Sequence record: DRR378314_1703
DNA length: 37,888 nucleotides
Strand: one strand, 5' to 3'
Positions 20,090 through 27,999 of this stretch are shown here, piece by piece. The position numbers and the translations under genes were made by a program. How positions within the stretch are numbered: the first letter of the stretch is position 1; every line of letters starts with the position of its first letter. The notes under the pieces were generated by a model, which had not been told where the DNA came from, ran no database searches, and saw nothing but the letters and a program-made list of their open reading frames with translations.

Positions 20090-21255
20090 CTGCCCGATCC
20101 TTCGATAATAGCCGCAGCAGAGCAAACACCGCGATCATAGTTGATCATGCCAAAGCCTGACACCATTGCGCGACGGGCATCTGCCACCTGCGTGCCGCCT
20201 GCCTGCCCGGTGACTTGCCGGATGGCTTCGACCAAGCCGAGATATCCCCCCGCTGCCCCGGCCTGCCCAACAGAGAGCTGCCCCCCGGACGTGTTATGCG
20301 GAAAATCACCAGAGATCGTCAGATCGTGGTCACGCACGAAACCAGCTCCCTCTCCCTTGGCACAAAATCCCAAATCTTCGAATTGCATCATCGAAATAAC
20401 CGGATAGTCGTCATAGGTCTGCAACAGGTCAATTGCTTCGGGGCCATGGCCAGCCATGCTGTACAACTCGTCTATGTCCATCACCCAGCCACCGCGCAGC
20501 TGGATCGGATCGTCGGCAAAGCCATTGTGCCGCTCGATTGTTCCGCTGATACGGGCAAAAGGCAGCGCGCGCTGTTTTGCCTCCTCTTCGCGCATGACCA
20601 GAAACGCTTCCGCGCCAGCACAGGGCATGACACAATCAAACAACGAAATCGGGTCTGCTATCATACGTGCGTCCATATATTGCGACAGCGTCAAAGGTGT
20701 CTTCATCAACGCATCTGGATAGAGCAGCGCATTGGCCCGCTGCGCCACCGCGATCTTGCCGAAATCCTCGCGGGTGGCCCCATATTCAGCCATGTAAGCA
20801 TCCATCAGTAGCGCGAAACTGGCATTCGGGCCGCCGAAACCATAAGGGAACGTGGCATCCATCGAAAACCGCGAGAACCCGGTCAGCAAGGTCCGAAAAC
20901 TGTCAATTCGATTGGCGTCCCCCGCCACACAGGCCACCACATCTACATCCCCGGCCTGCACCGCGCGCGCAGCACGACGCAGCGCAATCACGCCACTGGC
21001 GCCGCCTGTCGGCACGGTATCCAACCATCGCGGGCAAAGCCCGAGGTGCTGTGTCAACCCTACCGGCGTATCAGGAAACAGCGAAAAGCTGGACACGGAA
21101 AACCCATCAAGATCACGCGGTGCAATATCCGCCTGCTCCAGCATGGCGCGCAACGCGCGCGCGATCCACCAATGTGCGGTTTCGTTGCTGTAGCGAATGT
21201 AGGGCACGGAGACCGGCACCGCGAGCACGACCCCATCATAACCCTGCCGCTTCAC
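20086..21255 (-). CDS. SCP-x/Ltp2-type thiolase-fold protein
   Basis: AQRANA..P.A, PISLFDC, YDDY and NTSGGQLS. The nucleophile position reads TGGASG (no Cys). GTG start 21255 with SD GGAG, overlapping the upstream TGA. Confidence 0.87.
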   Translation of the reverse strand: MKRQGYDGVVLAVPVSVPYIRYSNETAHWWIARALRAMLEQADIAPRDLDGFSVSSFSLFPDTPVGLTQHLGLCPRWLDTVPTGGASGVIALRRAARAVQAGDVDVVACVAGDANRIDSFRTLLTGFSRFSMDATFPYGFGGPNASFALLMDAYMAEYGATREDFGKIAVAQRANALLYPDALMKTPLTLSQYMDARMIADPISLFDCVMPCAGAEAFLVMREEEAKQRALPFARISGTIERHNGFADDPIQLRGGWVMDIDELYSMAGHGPEAIDLLQTYDDYPVISMMQFEDLGFCAKGEGAGFVRDHDLTISGDFPHNTSGGQLSVGQAGAAGGYLGLVEAIRQVTGQAGGTQVADARRAMVSGFGMINYDRGVCSAAAIIEGSGR

Positions 21256-22877
21256 GAGGCACTCCGTTTTTTCAGGTGGCGGGTATCGATGGTTGCAGGA
21301 TCTTTGATCAACGCGACCGCCTGCGATTTCAACACTGCACGTTGCAGTTTCTGTGTGGAGGTCAGCGGCAGCGCACTGACAAAATTGATAAATCCGGGAG
21401 CCTTGTAATAGGCAAGTTGGCTCAGGCACCAGGTCGTGATTTCATGGGCCAGCTTTGCCGGATCATCTGGGCTCTGCTTGGCTACGATGCAGGCAAATAC
21501 CTCATCACCGCGCACCGCATCAGGTACCGCGGCAACCGCTGCGCTGGCGATGTCAGGGTGGCGCATCAGGGTCGATTCCACCTCAACTGCGGCAATGTTT
21601 TCGCCGGATCGACGAATAACGTTTTTCTTGCGGTCGACAAAGAACATCGCCCCATCTGCCTCTTGCCGCACGATATCGCCGGTGTGAAACCAGCCATCGG
21701 CCCAGACTTCATCCGTCGCTGCCTTATTCTTGAAATACCCTGCAAAGAAACCTCTGCGCGGATCTTCACCGGCGCGCCGTACCAGAAGTTCCCCCTGCGC
21801 AGCCTCAGCACCGGCATCATCAACCAGACGCACCTCAAGGCCGGCATCAGGCTTGCCAAGGCAGCTTTCTCCGACCCGGCGCGGTTCGCGGTTGGCACAG
21901 ATCACCGCCCCTGCCCCCGTCTCGGTCATTGCCCAGGCCTCGACCAGTCGAAAACCAAAACGCGCCTCGAAATCGGCGTGCAACTTGGGGTCAACACCCG
22001 CGCCAAAGCCAAAGCGCAGCCTGTGATCCCGATCACCCGAATCCGGTTCGACCGCCATCAACATCGACGGCATAACGCCCAGGTAATGCAGGCAAGTCGC
22101 ACCGGAAGCGCGCACCGACGCCCACCAGCTGCGCGGATGAAACCGATCCAGCACCGTAAGGCATCCGCCCACAGCAATCATTGCCATAAAGGAATAGGCC
22201 ATCGCGTTCATGTGGAAGATCGGCAGTGGCGTAATCATGCGCTCGCCATCCGTCTTTAGTGCACAAAGCCCGCCGGTCTGTGCATACCAGCGTCCAGCGT
22301 CGAGAAAATATGTGTTGGTCAGGATACAGCCTTTAGGCTGACCAGTGGTGCCCGATGTATAAAGCAGTGCCGCCTCTGCATTTTCACTGCCCCCCTCGCG
22401 CGCCGCAATTGCATCTTGCGTAACCGGCAAGGGCCACGGCTCATCAGTTGCGATCACCGGCATTTCGCGTCCCGCCTCGGCGGCTGCCGCACGCAGTTCT
22501 GCACATCGTTCAGGCAGCGCTAAGGCCAGCACCGGTTCCGCATGCTCGATCATATAGCTTAGCTCCGCCGCGCGCAGATCCGGGTTCACCGGCACCACCG
22601 ACAGGCCCAACCCATTCAGGGCCAGCCACCAAAGAAAGAACGCGGGCCGGTTTTCCAGCAGCAGCATTACCCGTTGCCCTGAGCGATAATCGGCTTCGCG
22701 CACAGCCACCTGCAGTTCGCTGACTTGATCCATCGCCGCAGCATAGGTCATATCCCCGACAGTAATGTCGTAGATACCAGCGGTTTCCGGCAAAACATTC
22801 AGAAATGCGCGATCAGGATAACATTTTGCGGTAGCCTCAAAAGCGGCAAAGACCGAAGTGGTCTCGGGTGCGATCAT
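21252..22877 (-). CDS. AMP-binding acyl-CoA ligase (CaiC-like)
   Basis: YTSGTTGQPKG, AMTETG, GWFHTGD, VDRKKNVIRRSGENI and LPLTSTQK. Start ATG 22877. Confidence 0.93.
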   Translation of the reverse strand: MIAPETTSVFAAFEATAKCYPDRAFLNVLPETAGIYDITVGDMTYAAAMDQVSELQVAVREADYRSGQRVMLLLENRPAFFLWWLALNGLGLSVVPVNPDLRAAELSYMIEHAEPVLALALPERCAELRAAAAEAGREMPVIATDEPWPLPVTQDAIAAREGGSENAEAALLYTSGTTGQPKGCILTNTYFLDAGRWYAQTGGLCALKTDGERMITPLPIFHMNAMAYSFMAMIAVGGCLTVLDRFHPRSWWASVRASGATCLHYLGVMPSMLMAVEPDSGDRDHRLRFGFGAGVDPKLHADFEARFGFRLVEAWAMTETGAGAVICANREPRRVGESCLGKPDAGLEVRLVDDAGAEAAQGELLVRRAGEDPRRGFFAGYFKNKAATDEVWADGWFHTGDIVRQEADGAMFFVDRKKNVIRRSGENIAAVEVESTLMRHPDIASAAVAAVPDAVRGDEVFACIVAKQSPDDPAKLAHEITTWCLSQLAYYKAPGFINFVSALPLTSTQKLQRAVLKSQAVALIKDPATIDTRHLKKRSAS

Positions 22878-23353
22878 GGCAGCAACTGAATATTGCGAAA
22901 GGCTGCATCGCAATTGACGATATCAACCCGCTTGTTGGCGATGCGCAGCTTGCCCTCAACCAATGCCAGTTCATGCCGCGCGGTGACGGCAAGCAGCTGC
23001 TGTTCGTCCAGACGCGTTTCGACATAATGCATGAACGTCGTGGTCACGAACTGGCCTGCGTCCTCGTCCATCTCATCCACGAAAGGCCGCTGGATTACGT
23101 GGTGACAACGGCTTTTGGGTTTCTGGCTGAAAGTACGCGCGCCCATCAGGCGTTCCACCCGCAGCTTGAGCATGAACATATCTTCATACATCAAAGAGGT
23201 CTCGTTGATCGGATCGGTCTGTTTATAGTCCAGCGGCATCCAATAGTGGCCATCAGGCAACCACAGATTCAGCCACTCGGCAAAACGTCCCTCGTCCAGC
23301 ATGCGTACTTCGTCATAGATGAAATCAATCAGGCGCTCGCGTGTAACGGTCAT
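22874..23353 (-). CDS. Aromatic ring-hydroxylating dioxygenase beta subunit (IadE-like)
   Basis: FIYDEVRMLDEGRFAEWL..W...G.YWMP, LKLRVERL and SQKPKSR. Directly follows the alpha subunit. Confidence 0.93.
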   Translation of the reverse strand: MTVTRERLIDFIYDEVRMLDEGRFAEWLNLWLPDGHYWMPLDYKQTDPINETSLMYEDMFMLKLRVERLMGARTFSQKPKSRCHHVIQRPFVDEMDEDAGQFVTTTFMHYVETRLDEQQLLAVTARHELALVEGKLRIANKRVDIVNCDAAFRNIQLLP

Positions 23354-24693
23354 TCTGCAACCTCCGCATTTTTGTCCATTCCCATGGTCATGAACTTGAC
23401 CCATGCATGGAACTGATTGCGCATCTGACGTTCGGTGGTACCGTTTTCGACTGCTTCGACATCAAAATCTTCGTCATCTTCGATCAGACGTTGGATATTG
23501 ACCCACTCCAACCCGTCAACCAACAGCCCCTCCTGCGCGCGCTCGTACATTTCCAGATCATCATGCCCCACAATAGAGGTCGGCGCATTGATCATCCGAT
23601 TGTACATAGCCGTGCGCGCGGTCAATTCTTCAGGTGCGTCAACCAGCCGGTAAATGTAGCTTTCCACAATTGTCCTATCCGCCGCCAACGGGATAAAGAC
23701 CCGCAGCTGCTGGATTGGACCTTTGATCATGATATTCGGAAAATATACTGTATTGTGGCGATTTTCATCCAGGATCGCCTTGGCCTTATCCGCGCCATAG
23801 CTGGCGCTCAAGGCTTCGAAATATCCCGGAATGGCAGAATAATCCGAATGGATTGAATGGTTCACCCCGGTGTGCCCATGCCCATTTGGCCAGGTGCGAA
23901 TGCCCATCCCCTCAAAGAATTCATAAGGCGACATAAAAGGCGCGATAATCTCCATCGCAGCGGGTTTTGGGGCGTCTTCGGGCAGGTCCAACTCTTCGTA
24001 AAGCTTGACCGCCGTCCCGGCAGAACTTTCATGCGCGACCATCGGGTGACATGTATCAGTCTGGTTTTCGACCAGCATCTTCCAATTGCAATAATGCAGA
24101 TAGCGTAGCGGCGGACCAACGACCTCAAGCCGCCCAGCGGGAGAACGGTCCACCATGTTATCAAGTGATGAAAGGCTATCGCCAAAGAACTCCTCAAAGC
24201 TGATGCCTGTCTCGGCCAGTCGCGCAAAGATGAAGCCCCGGTAATTTTTCACATCACCAACCGCGCGCATGCCCTTGCCGCTTTCCGTCTTTTCCAGCCC
24301 GGTGTCCTGATAACCTTTCTTCAGCGGAATCGCCAAAAGGCAGCCATCGGTCTTGAACGACCATGCGTGATAAGGACAACGGAAAAACTTGCCGGTGTTG
24401 CCCTGCCGGTCAATTACAATCTTGGTGCCCTTATGCGGACAACGGTTCAACAGGACATGGATATCACCCGTGGAATGGCGCACCTGGATCACCGGCTGAT
24501 TGCCAATCTGTGTGCTGAAGTAGTCACCCCTGTTGGGCGTCTGGCTTTCATGGCCGACAAATACCCAGGCATTGGCAAAGAGATGTTTCATCTCCTGCTG
24601 GTAAACTTCCTGATCTGTATAGATGTCGCGATGAACCTGATGTGGTTGAACAAGTGCTGCCAACGCCGCAGGGTTGTCGGTGTAACGTCCCAT
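23350..24693 (-). CDS. Rieske aromatic ring-hydroxylating dioxygenase alpha subunit (IadD-like)
   Basis: Rieske CPH...CPYH and mononuclear Fe site NWK..VEN..DTCHPMVAH...HDD. SD GGGAG before ATG 24693. Confidence 0.95.
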   Translation of the reverse strand: MGRYTDNPAALAALVQPHQVHRDIYTDQEVYQQEMKHLFANAWVFVGHESQTPNRGDYFSTQIGNQPVIQVRHSTGDIHVLLNRCPHKGTKIVIDRQGNTGKFFRCPYHAWSFKTDGCLLAIPLKKGYQDTGLEKTESGKGMRAVGDVKNYRGFIFARLAETGISFEEFFGDSLSSLDNMVDRSPAGRLEVVGPPLRYLHYCNWKMLVENQTDTCHPMVAHESSAGTAVKLYEELDLPEDAPKPAAMEIIAPFMSPYEFFEGMGIRTWPNGHGHTGVNHSIHSDYSAIPGYFEALSASYGADKAKAILDENRHNTVYFPNIMIKGPIQQLRVFIPLAADRTIVESYIYRLVDAPEELTARTAMYNRMINAPTSIVGHDDLEMYERAQEGLLVDGLEWVNIQRLIEDDEDFDVEAVENGTTERQMRNQFHAWVKFMTMGMDKNAEVAE

Positions 24694-24704
24694 AATATTC
24701 TCCC

Positions 24705-25658
24705 TCAAATATCCAGCACAAGGCGGGGCGACTTTGACCGGCTGACGCAAATCTGCATTACCTTTCCCGCAGCACGCTCTGCCTCTGATAAAACCACATC
24801 CCGGTGGTCCGGTGTGCCGCTGATCACATCACATTGGCAAATGCCACAATCGCCGCGCTGGCAATCATACATCACATCGACCCCACCCTCTTCCAATGCC
24901 TCAATGATGGACTGTCCCGGAATGACGGTGAACACCGCCCCTGTTGACGCAAGTTCAACTTCAAAAGCGGTATCACCCACCTCTTCCTGTGGTGCGTCAA
25001 ACAATTCGAAATGAATCCGCGCTGCCGCGATCCCGGCCGCCTCGGCCTTTGCCTTTGTTGCATCAATCAAACCCTTGGGGCCACAGACATACAGATGCGC
25101 GGTTGGCGCCAGATCCGCAATCACCCCATCAAGGTCCAATGCAGAAAGCGGATCGTCGTCACAGTGCAGATGCAGCTTGTCACCAAGTGATCCCCGCAGC
25201 ACATCGCGATAGGCCATCAACGATGCACTGCGGCCGGAATAGTGAAATACAAATTCTTGTTGGTGGTCCATTAATGTCATCGCCATCGAGATCATCGGCG
25301 TGATGCCGATCCCCCCCGCAAGAAGCACAGCCGGCGCATCAAGGTTCAGCGGAAAATCATTCTTGGGCAGCGCGCAGCTAATCGCCGCCCCGGCCTCAAG
25401 CCCGTGCATATATTTGGAGCCACCCTTTCCTTCCGGTTCACGCTGTACCGCGATCCGGTATTCCTGCGGCGTGGGGCTGATCGGTTCAAACGCAATAAGA
25501 GAATAGGCACGGGTTTCGCCGTCAGGCAGATCAAACAGCACGTGTGCACCCGGCGCAAAGGTAGGCAGCGCCGCGCCATCCGTCGACGCCAGACGAAATT
25601 CGCTGATGCGTTCCGTCAACGGAGTTACTTGCGTAATCTTAGCTTCAATTTTTGACAT
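24705..25658 (-). CDS. PDR/VanB-family FMN/[2Fe-2S] oxidoreductase (IadC-like)
   Basis: RAYSL, GGSKY, AGGIGITP, YVCGP and C-terminal ferredoxin CQRGDCGIC...QIC. Confidence 0.94.
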   Translation of the reverse strand: MSKIEAKITQVTPLTERISEFRLASTDGAALPTFAPGAHVLFDLPDGETRAYSLIAFEPISPTPQEYRIAVQREPEGKGGSKYMHGLEAGAAISCALPKNDFPLNLDAPAVLLAGGIGITPMISMAMTLMDHQQEFVFHYSGRSASLMAYRDVLRGSLGDKLHLHCDDDPLSALDLDGVIADLAPTAHLYVCGPKGLIDATKAKAEAAGIAAARIHFELFDAPQEEVGDTAFEVELASTGAVFTVIPGQSIIEALEEGGVDVMYDCQRGDCGICQCDVISGTPDHRDVVLSEAERAAGKVMQICVSRSKSPRLVLDI

Positions 25659-25679
25659 CTGCCGCCCTCCCTGTCAAAC

Positions 25680-25708
25680 AATATGATTTTTCATGTATTT
25701 TTGGTCAA
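25680..25708 (-). promoter_or_regulatory. Sigma70-like promoter of the dioxygenase operon overlapped by a putative MarR operator
   Basis: Minus strand TTGACC-N17-CATATT. The motif AATACATGAAAAATCATAT (25681-25699) covers the spacer and the -10 element. Confidence 0.65.
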
Positions 25709-25793
25709 GGGTTTTCTTGCCATCAGTGACCATCACGGTCATTTAAGAGCCGCCGGACGCGTTTCTATCCGGCCTATCAAAGGGTTGAGCCGC

Positions 25794-26282
25794 GTGTCGC
25801 AACAGATTACGGAACCAGTTACTGAAGAAAACGGGGCGCAAGGCGCGGCATTTGTCCCCGATTACCTGCTCTATCTTCTGGCCGCGGCCAGCGAAGCGGC
25901 CAGTGCGCAGTTTCACGCAAAGGTCCGCAAGATGGGTTTGCGGGTGCCGGAATGGCGCGTATTGGCCTGCCTTGCAGATCAAGATGGCGCGATGATCACC
26001 CACCTCGCACGCATCGCCTTGGCAGAGCAGTCCCGATTGACCCGTATCATCGCCCAAATGGAACAGCGCGGGCTGTTGACCCGCCGCAACGACCCCGCAG
26101 ACGGGCGTCGCGTTCGGGTTTTCTTGACGGATCAGGGGCGTGACTTGGCGGCAACACTGGTGCCCCAGGCCCGCGAACATGAAACCGCCCTGTTAGAGCT
26201 ATTGCAAGGCAAGGAGGGTGCCCAACTTAAACCCGCCCTAAAGTCGTTACTGAAAGTGCTGGAGGCCAGTTCGCCGGAGTAA
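25794..26282 (+). CDS. MarR-family transcriptional regulator (IadR/IacR-like)
   Basis: FVPDYLLYLLA...EWRVLACL...QSRLTRII..ME.RGL..R...DGRRVRVFLT..G. Likely GTG start 25794. Confidence 0.9.
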   Translation: MSQQITEPVTEENGAQGAAFVPDYLLYLLAAASEAASAQFHAKVRKMGLRVPEWRVLACLADQDGAMITHLARIALAEQSRLTRIIAQMEQRGLLTRRNDPADGRRVRVFLTDQGRDLAATLVPQAREHETALLELLQGKEGAQLKPALKSLLKVLEASSPE

Positions 26283-26331
26283 GCAAGGCCGGCCCCTACG
26301 AAAAAAAGGTTCCAATAGCGTTTGAAATGTG

Positions 26332-26350
26332 AATACATGAAAACGCATAT
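26332..26350 (+). promoter_or_regulatory. Second copy of the putative MarR operator, upstream of the TRAP operon
   Basis: AATACATGAAAACGCATAT, 17/19 identical to the copy at 25681-25699 (opposite strand). TTGAAA lies at 26322. Confidence 0.65.
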
Positions 26351-26415
26351 ACTTGGTGAGCGCGCCAAAGGCGCTCCCATCAAGTCATATCAAACGATAT
26401 GGGGAGGAGCCCGAA

Positions 26416-27435
26416 ATGACCAAAATCACCAAGTTTCTGACGACGTCAGCCTTGGCACTCTGTACCGCTACAGGTGCCTTTGCTGCCGAAACCCTGACAA
26501 TCTCGACCTGGCTGCCACCAACACATCCGGTCAACACCGGCATGTTTGCCAAACTGACCGAAATGATGTCCGAAGCCACCGGCGGCGAGATCACAACCGA
26601 ACTTAAGAACGGCCTGGCCCCGCCCCCGGCACAGATGGATCTACTGCTGGATGGTGCTGCGGATATCGCGATCCTGTTTCATGGATACACCCCCGGCCGT
26701 TTCGTGGGCACCAAACTGGTTGAGGTACCCGGCTATGAAGGCAGCGCCGAGGCCGCTTCAGTCGCACATTGGCGTGTACATGAAGCGATGCTGGCGGAGC
26801 TGAACGAACATCGTGGCGTGAAAGTCATCGCGCTGACCACACATGGTCCGGGTCAGATCCACTCTAACAAGGAAGTAAATACCCTTGATGATCTGCAAGG
26901 GTTGAAAACCCGCCTTGGGGGCGGTGTTTCGGCTGATGTCGGAGCGGAACTCGGGCTTGTCGGCATTCAGGTACCTGCCCCCAAAGTCTATGAAACACTG
27001 GATTCCGGTGCCGCCGACGCAGTGGCGATGAATATGGGCGAACGGATCAGCTTCAAATTGGATGAAGTTGCCAAAAACGTCTATGAAATGCCCGGCGGTT
27101 TCTACCGCGGTTCTTTTGCGGTCATCATGAGTCAGGAAAAATTCGACAGCCTGCCGGAAGAGATGCAAACCGCATTGGACGAACAGGTTTTTGGTGAACC
27201 TTCCAGCCGCATGATGGGTGCCGTCTGGGATCAAAGCGATGTTGATGCACGCGCCAAGACCGAAGCGGCGGGTGACAATACAATCGTCACCGCCTCCGCT
27301 GAGGACCAATCCCGCTTTGCCGAAATGGCCGCGCGGGTGCGTGATAAAATCATTGCAGAAATCACTGATGCAGGGATCGACGGTGAGGCCGCATATGAGA
27401 TGATGCGCGCGGAAATGGCTGCGGCAAACAAGTAA
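26416..27435 (+). CDS. TRAP transporter substrate-binding protein (DctP family)
   Basis: Signal peptide, WLPPTH, GYTPGRF, LQGLKTR (conserved Arg) and YETLDSG. SD GGAGGAG. Confidence 0.92.
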   Translation: MTKITKFLTTSALALCTATGAFAAETLTISTWLPPTHPVNTGMFAKLTEMMSEATGGEITTELKNGLAPPPAQMDLLLDGAADIAILFHGYTPGRFVGTKLVEVPGYEGSAEAASVAHWRVHEAMLAELNEHRGVKVIALTTHGPGQIHSNKEVNTLDDLQGLKTRLGGGVSADVGAELGLVGIQVPAPKVYETLDSGAADAVAMNMGERISFKLDEVAKNVYEMPGGFYRGSFAVIMSQEKFDSLPEEMQTALDEQVFGEPSSRMMGAVWDQSDVDARAKTEAAGDNTIVTASAEDQSRFAEMAARVRDKIIAEITDAGIDGEAAYEMMRAEMAAANK

Positions 27436-27495
27436 CCGACGTTGGCAGCCGGGCACAGGCGTTGCTTGCGCCCGGCGCGACCGCAAGGGAATTCC

Positions 27496-27999
27496 ATGCG
27501 CTCTTTGATCCGCCTTTTCGAAATCGTTTCTGTTATTCCGATGGTGATGGCCTCTTTGGCGCTGTTTGCGCTGATGGGGCTGACCTTCGCTGATGTACTG
27601 ATGCGCTCATTGTTCAACGCGCCGATACAGGCAGCGACCGAGCTGATCCGCATCGGCATTGCACTGATTGTCTTTTCCGCCCTCCCGATCCTGTCGGCCC
27701 GTGAAGGACATATCGCAGTCGATCTGCTGGACGGCCCCTTTGCCCGCTTCGGGCTGGAGCGCTGGCGCAATGCGCTGGTCACCTTAAGCTGCGGTGCGAT
27801 GCTTTGGTTGCCGGCGCAGCGCGTGGTTGATCTGGCCTATCGCGCGCGCAGCTATGGGGATGTCACGGAATACCTTGAAATTCCAACGTTCTATATCGGC
27901 ATGTTTATCGCCGCCATGACCTTTCTGACTTCAATTGTACTGATTGTACGCGGCCTTTTTTATCTCTTCGCCCCCCAGCTTCTGGACACATCCAAATGA
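27496..27999 (+). CDS. TRAP transporter small permease (DctQ family)
   Basis: ADVLMRSLFNAPI..ATEL and HIAVDLL, with four hydrophobic segments. Confidence 0.9.
   Translation: MRSLIRLFEIVSVIPMVMASLALFALMGLTFADVLMRSLFNAPIQAATELIRIGIALIVFSALPILSAREGHIAVDLLDGPFARFGLERWRNALVTLSCGAMLWLPAQRVVDLAYRARSYGDVTEYLEIPTFYIGMFIAAMTFLTSIVLIVRGLFYLFAPQLLDTSK

Noticed and set aside
20667-22259. 530-aa plus-strand ORF
   Set aside because: Antisense shadow of the CoA ligase and thiolase-fold genes, with no recognisable motifs.
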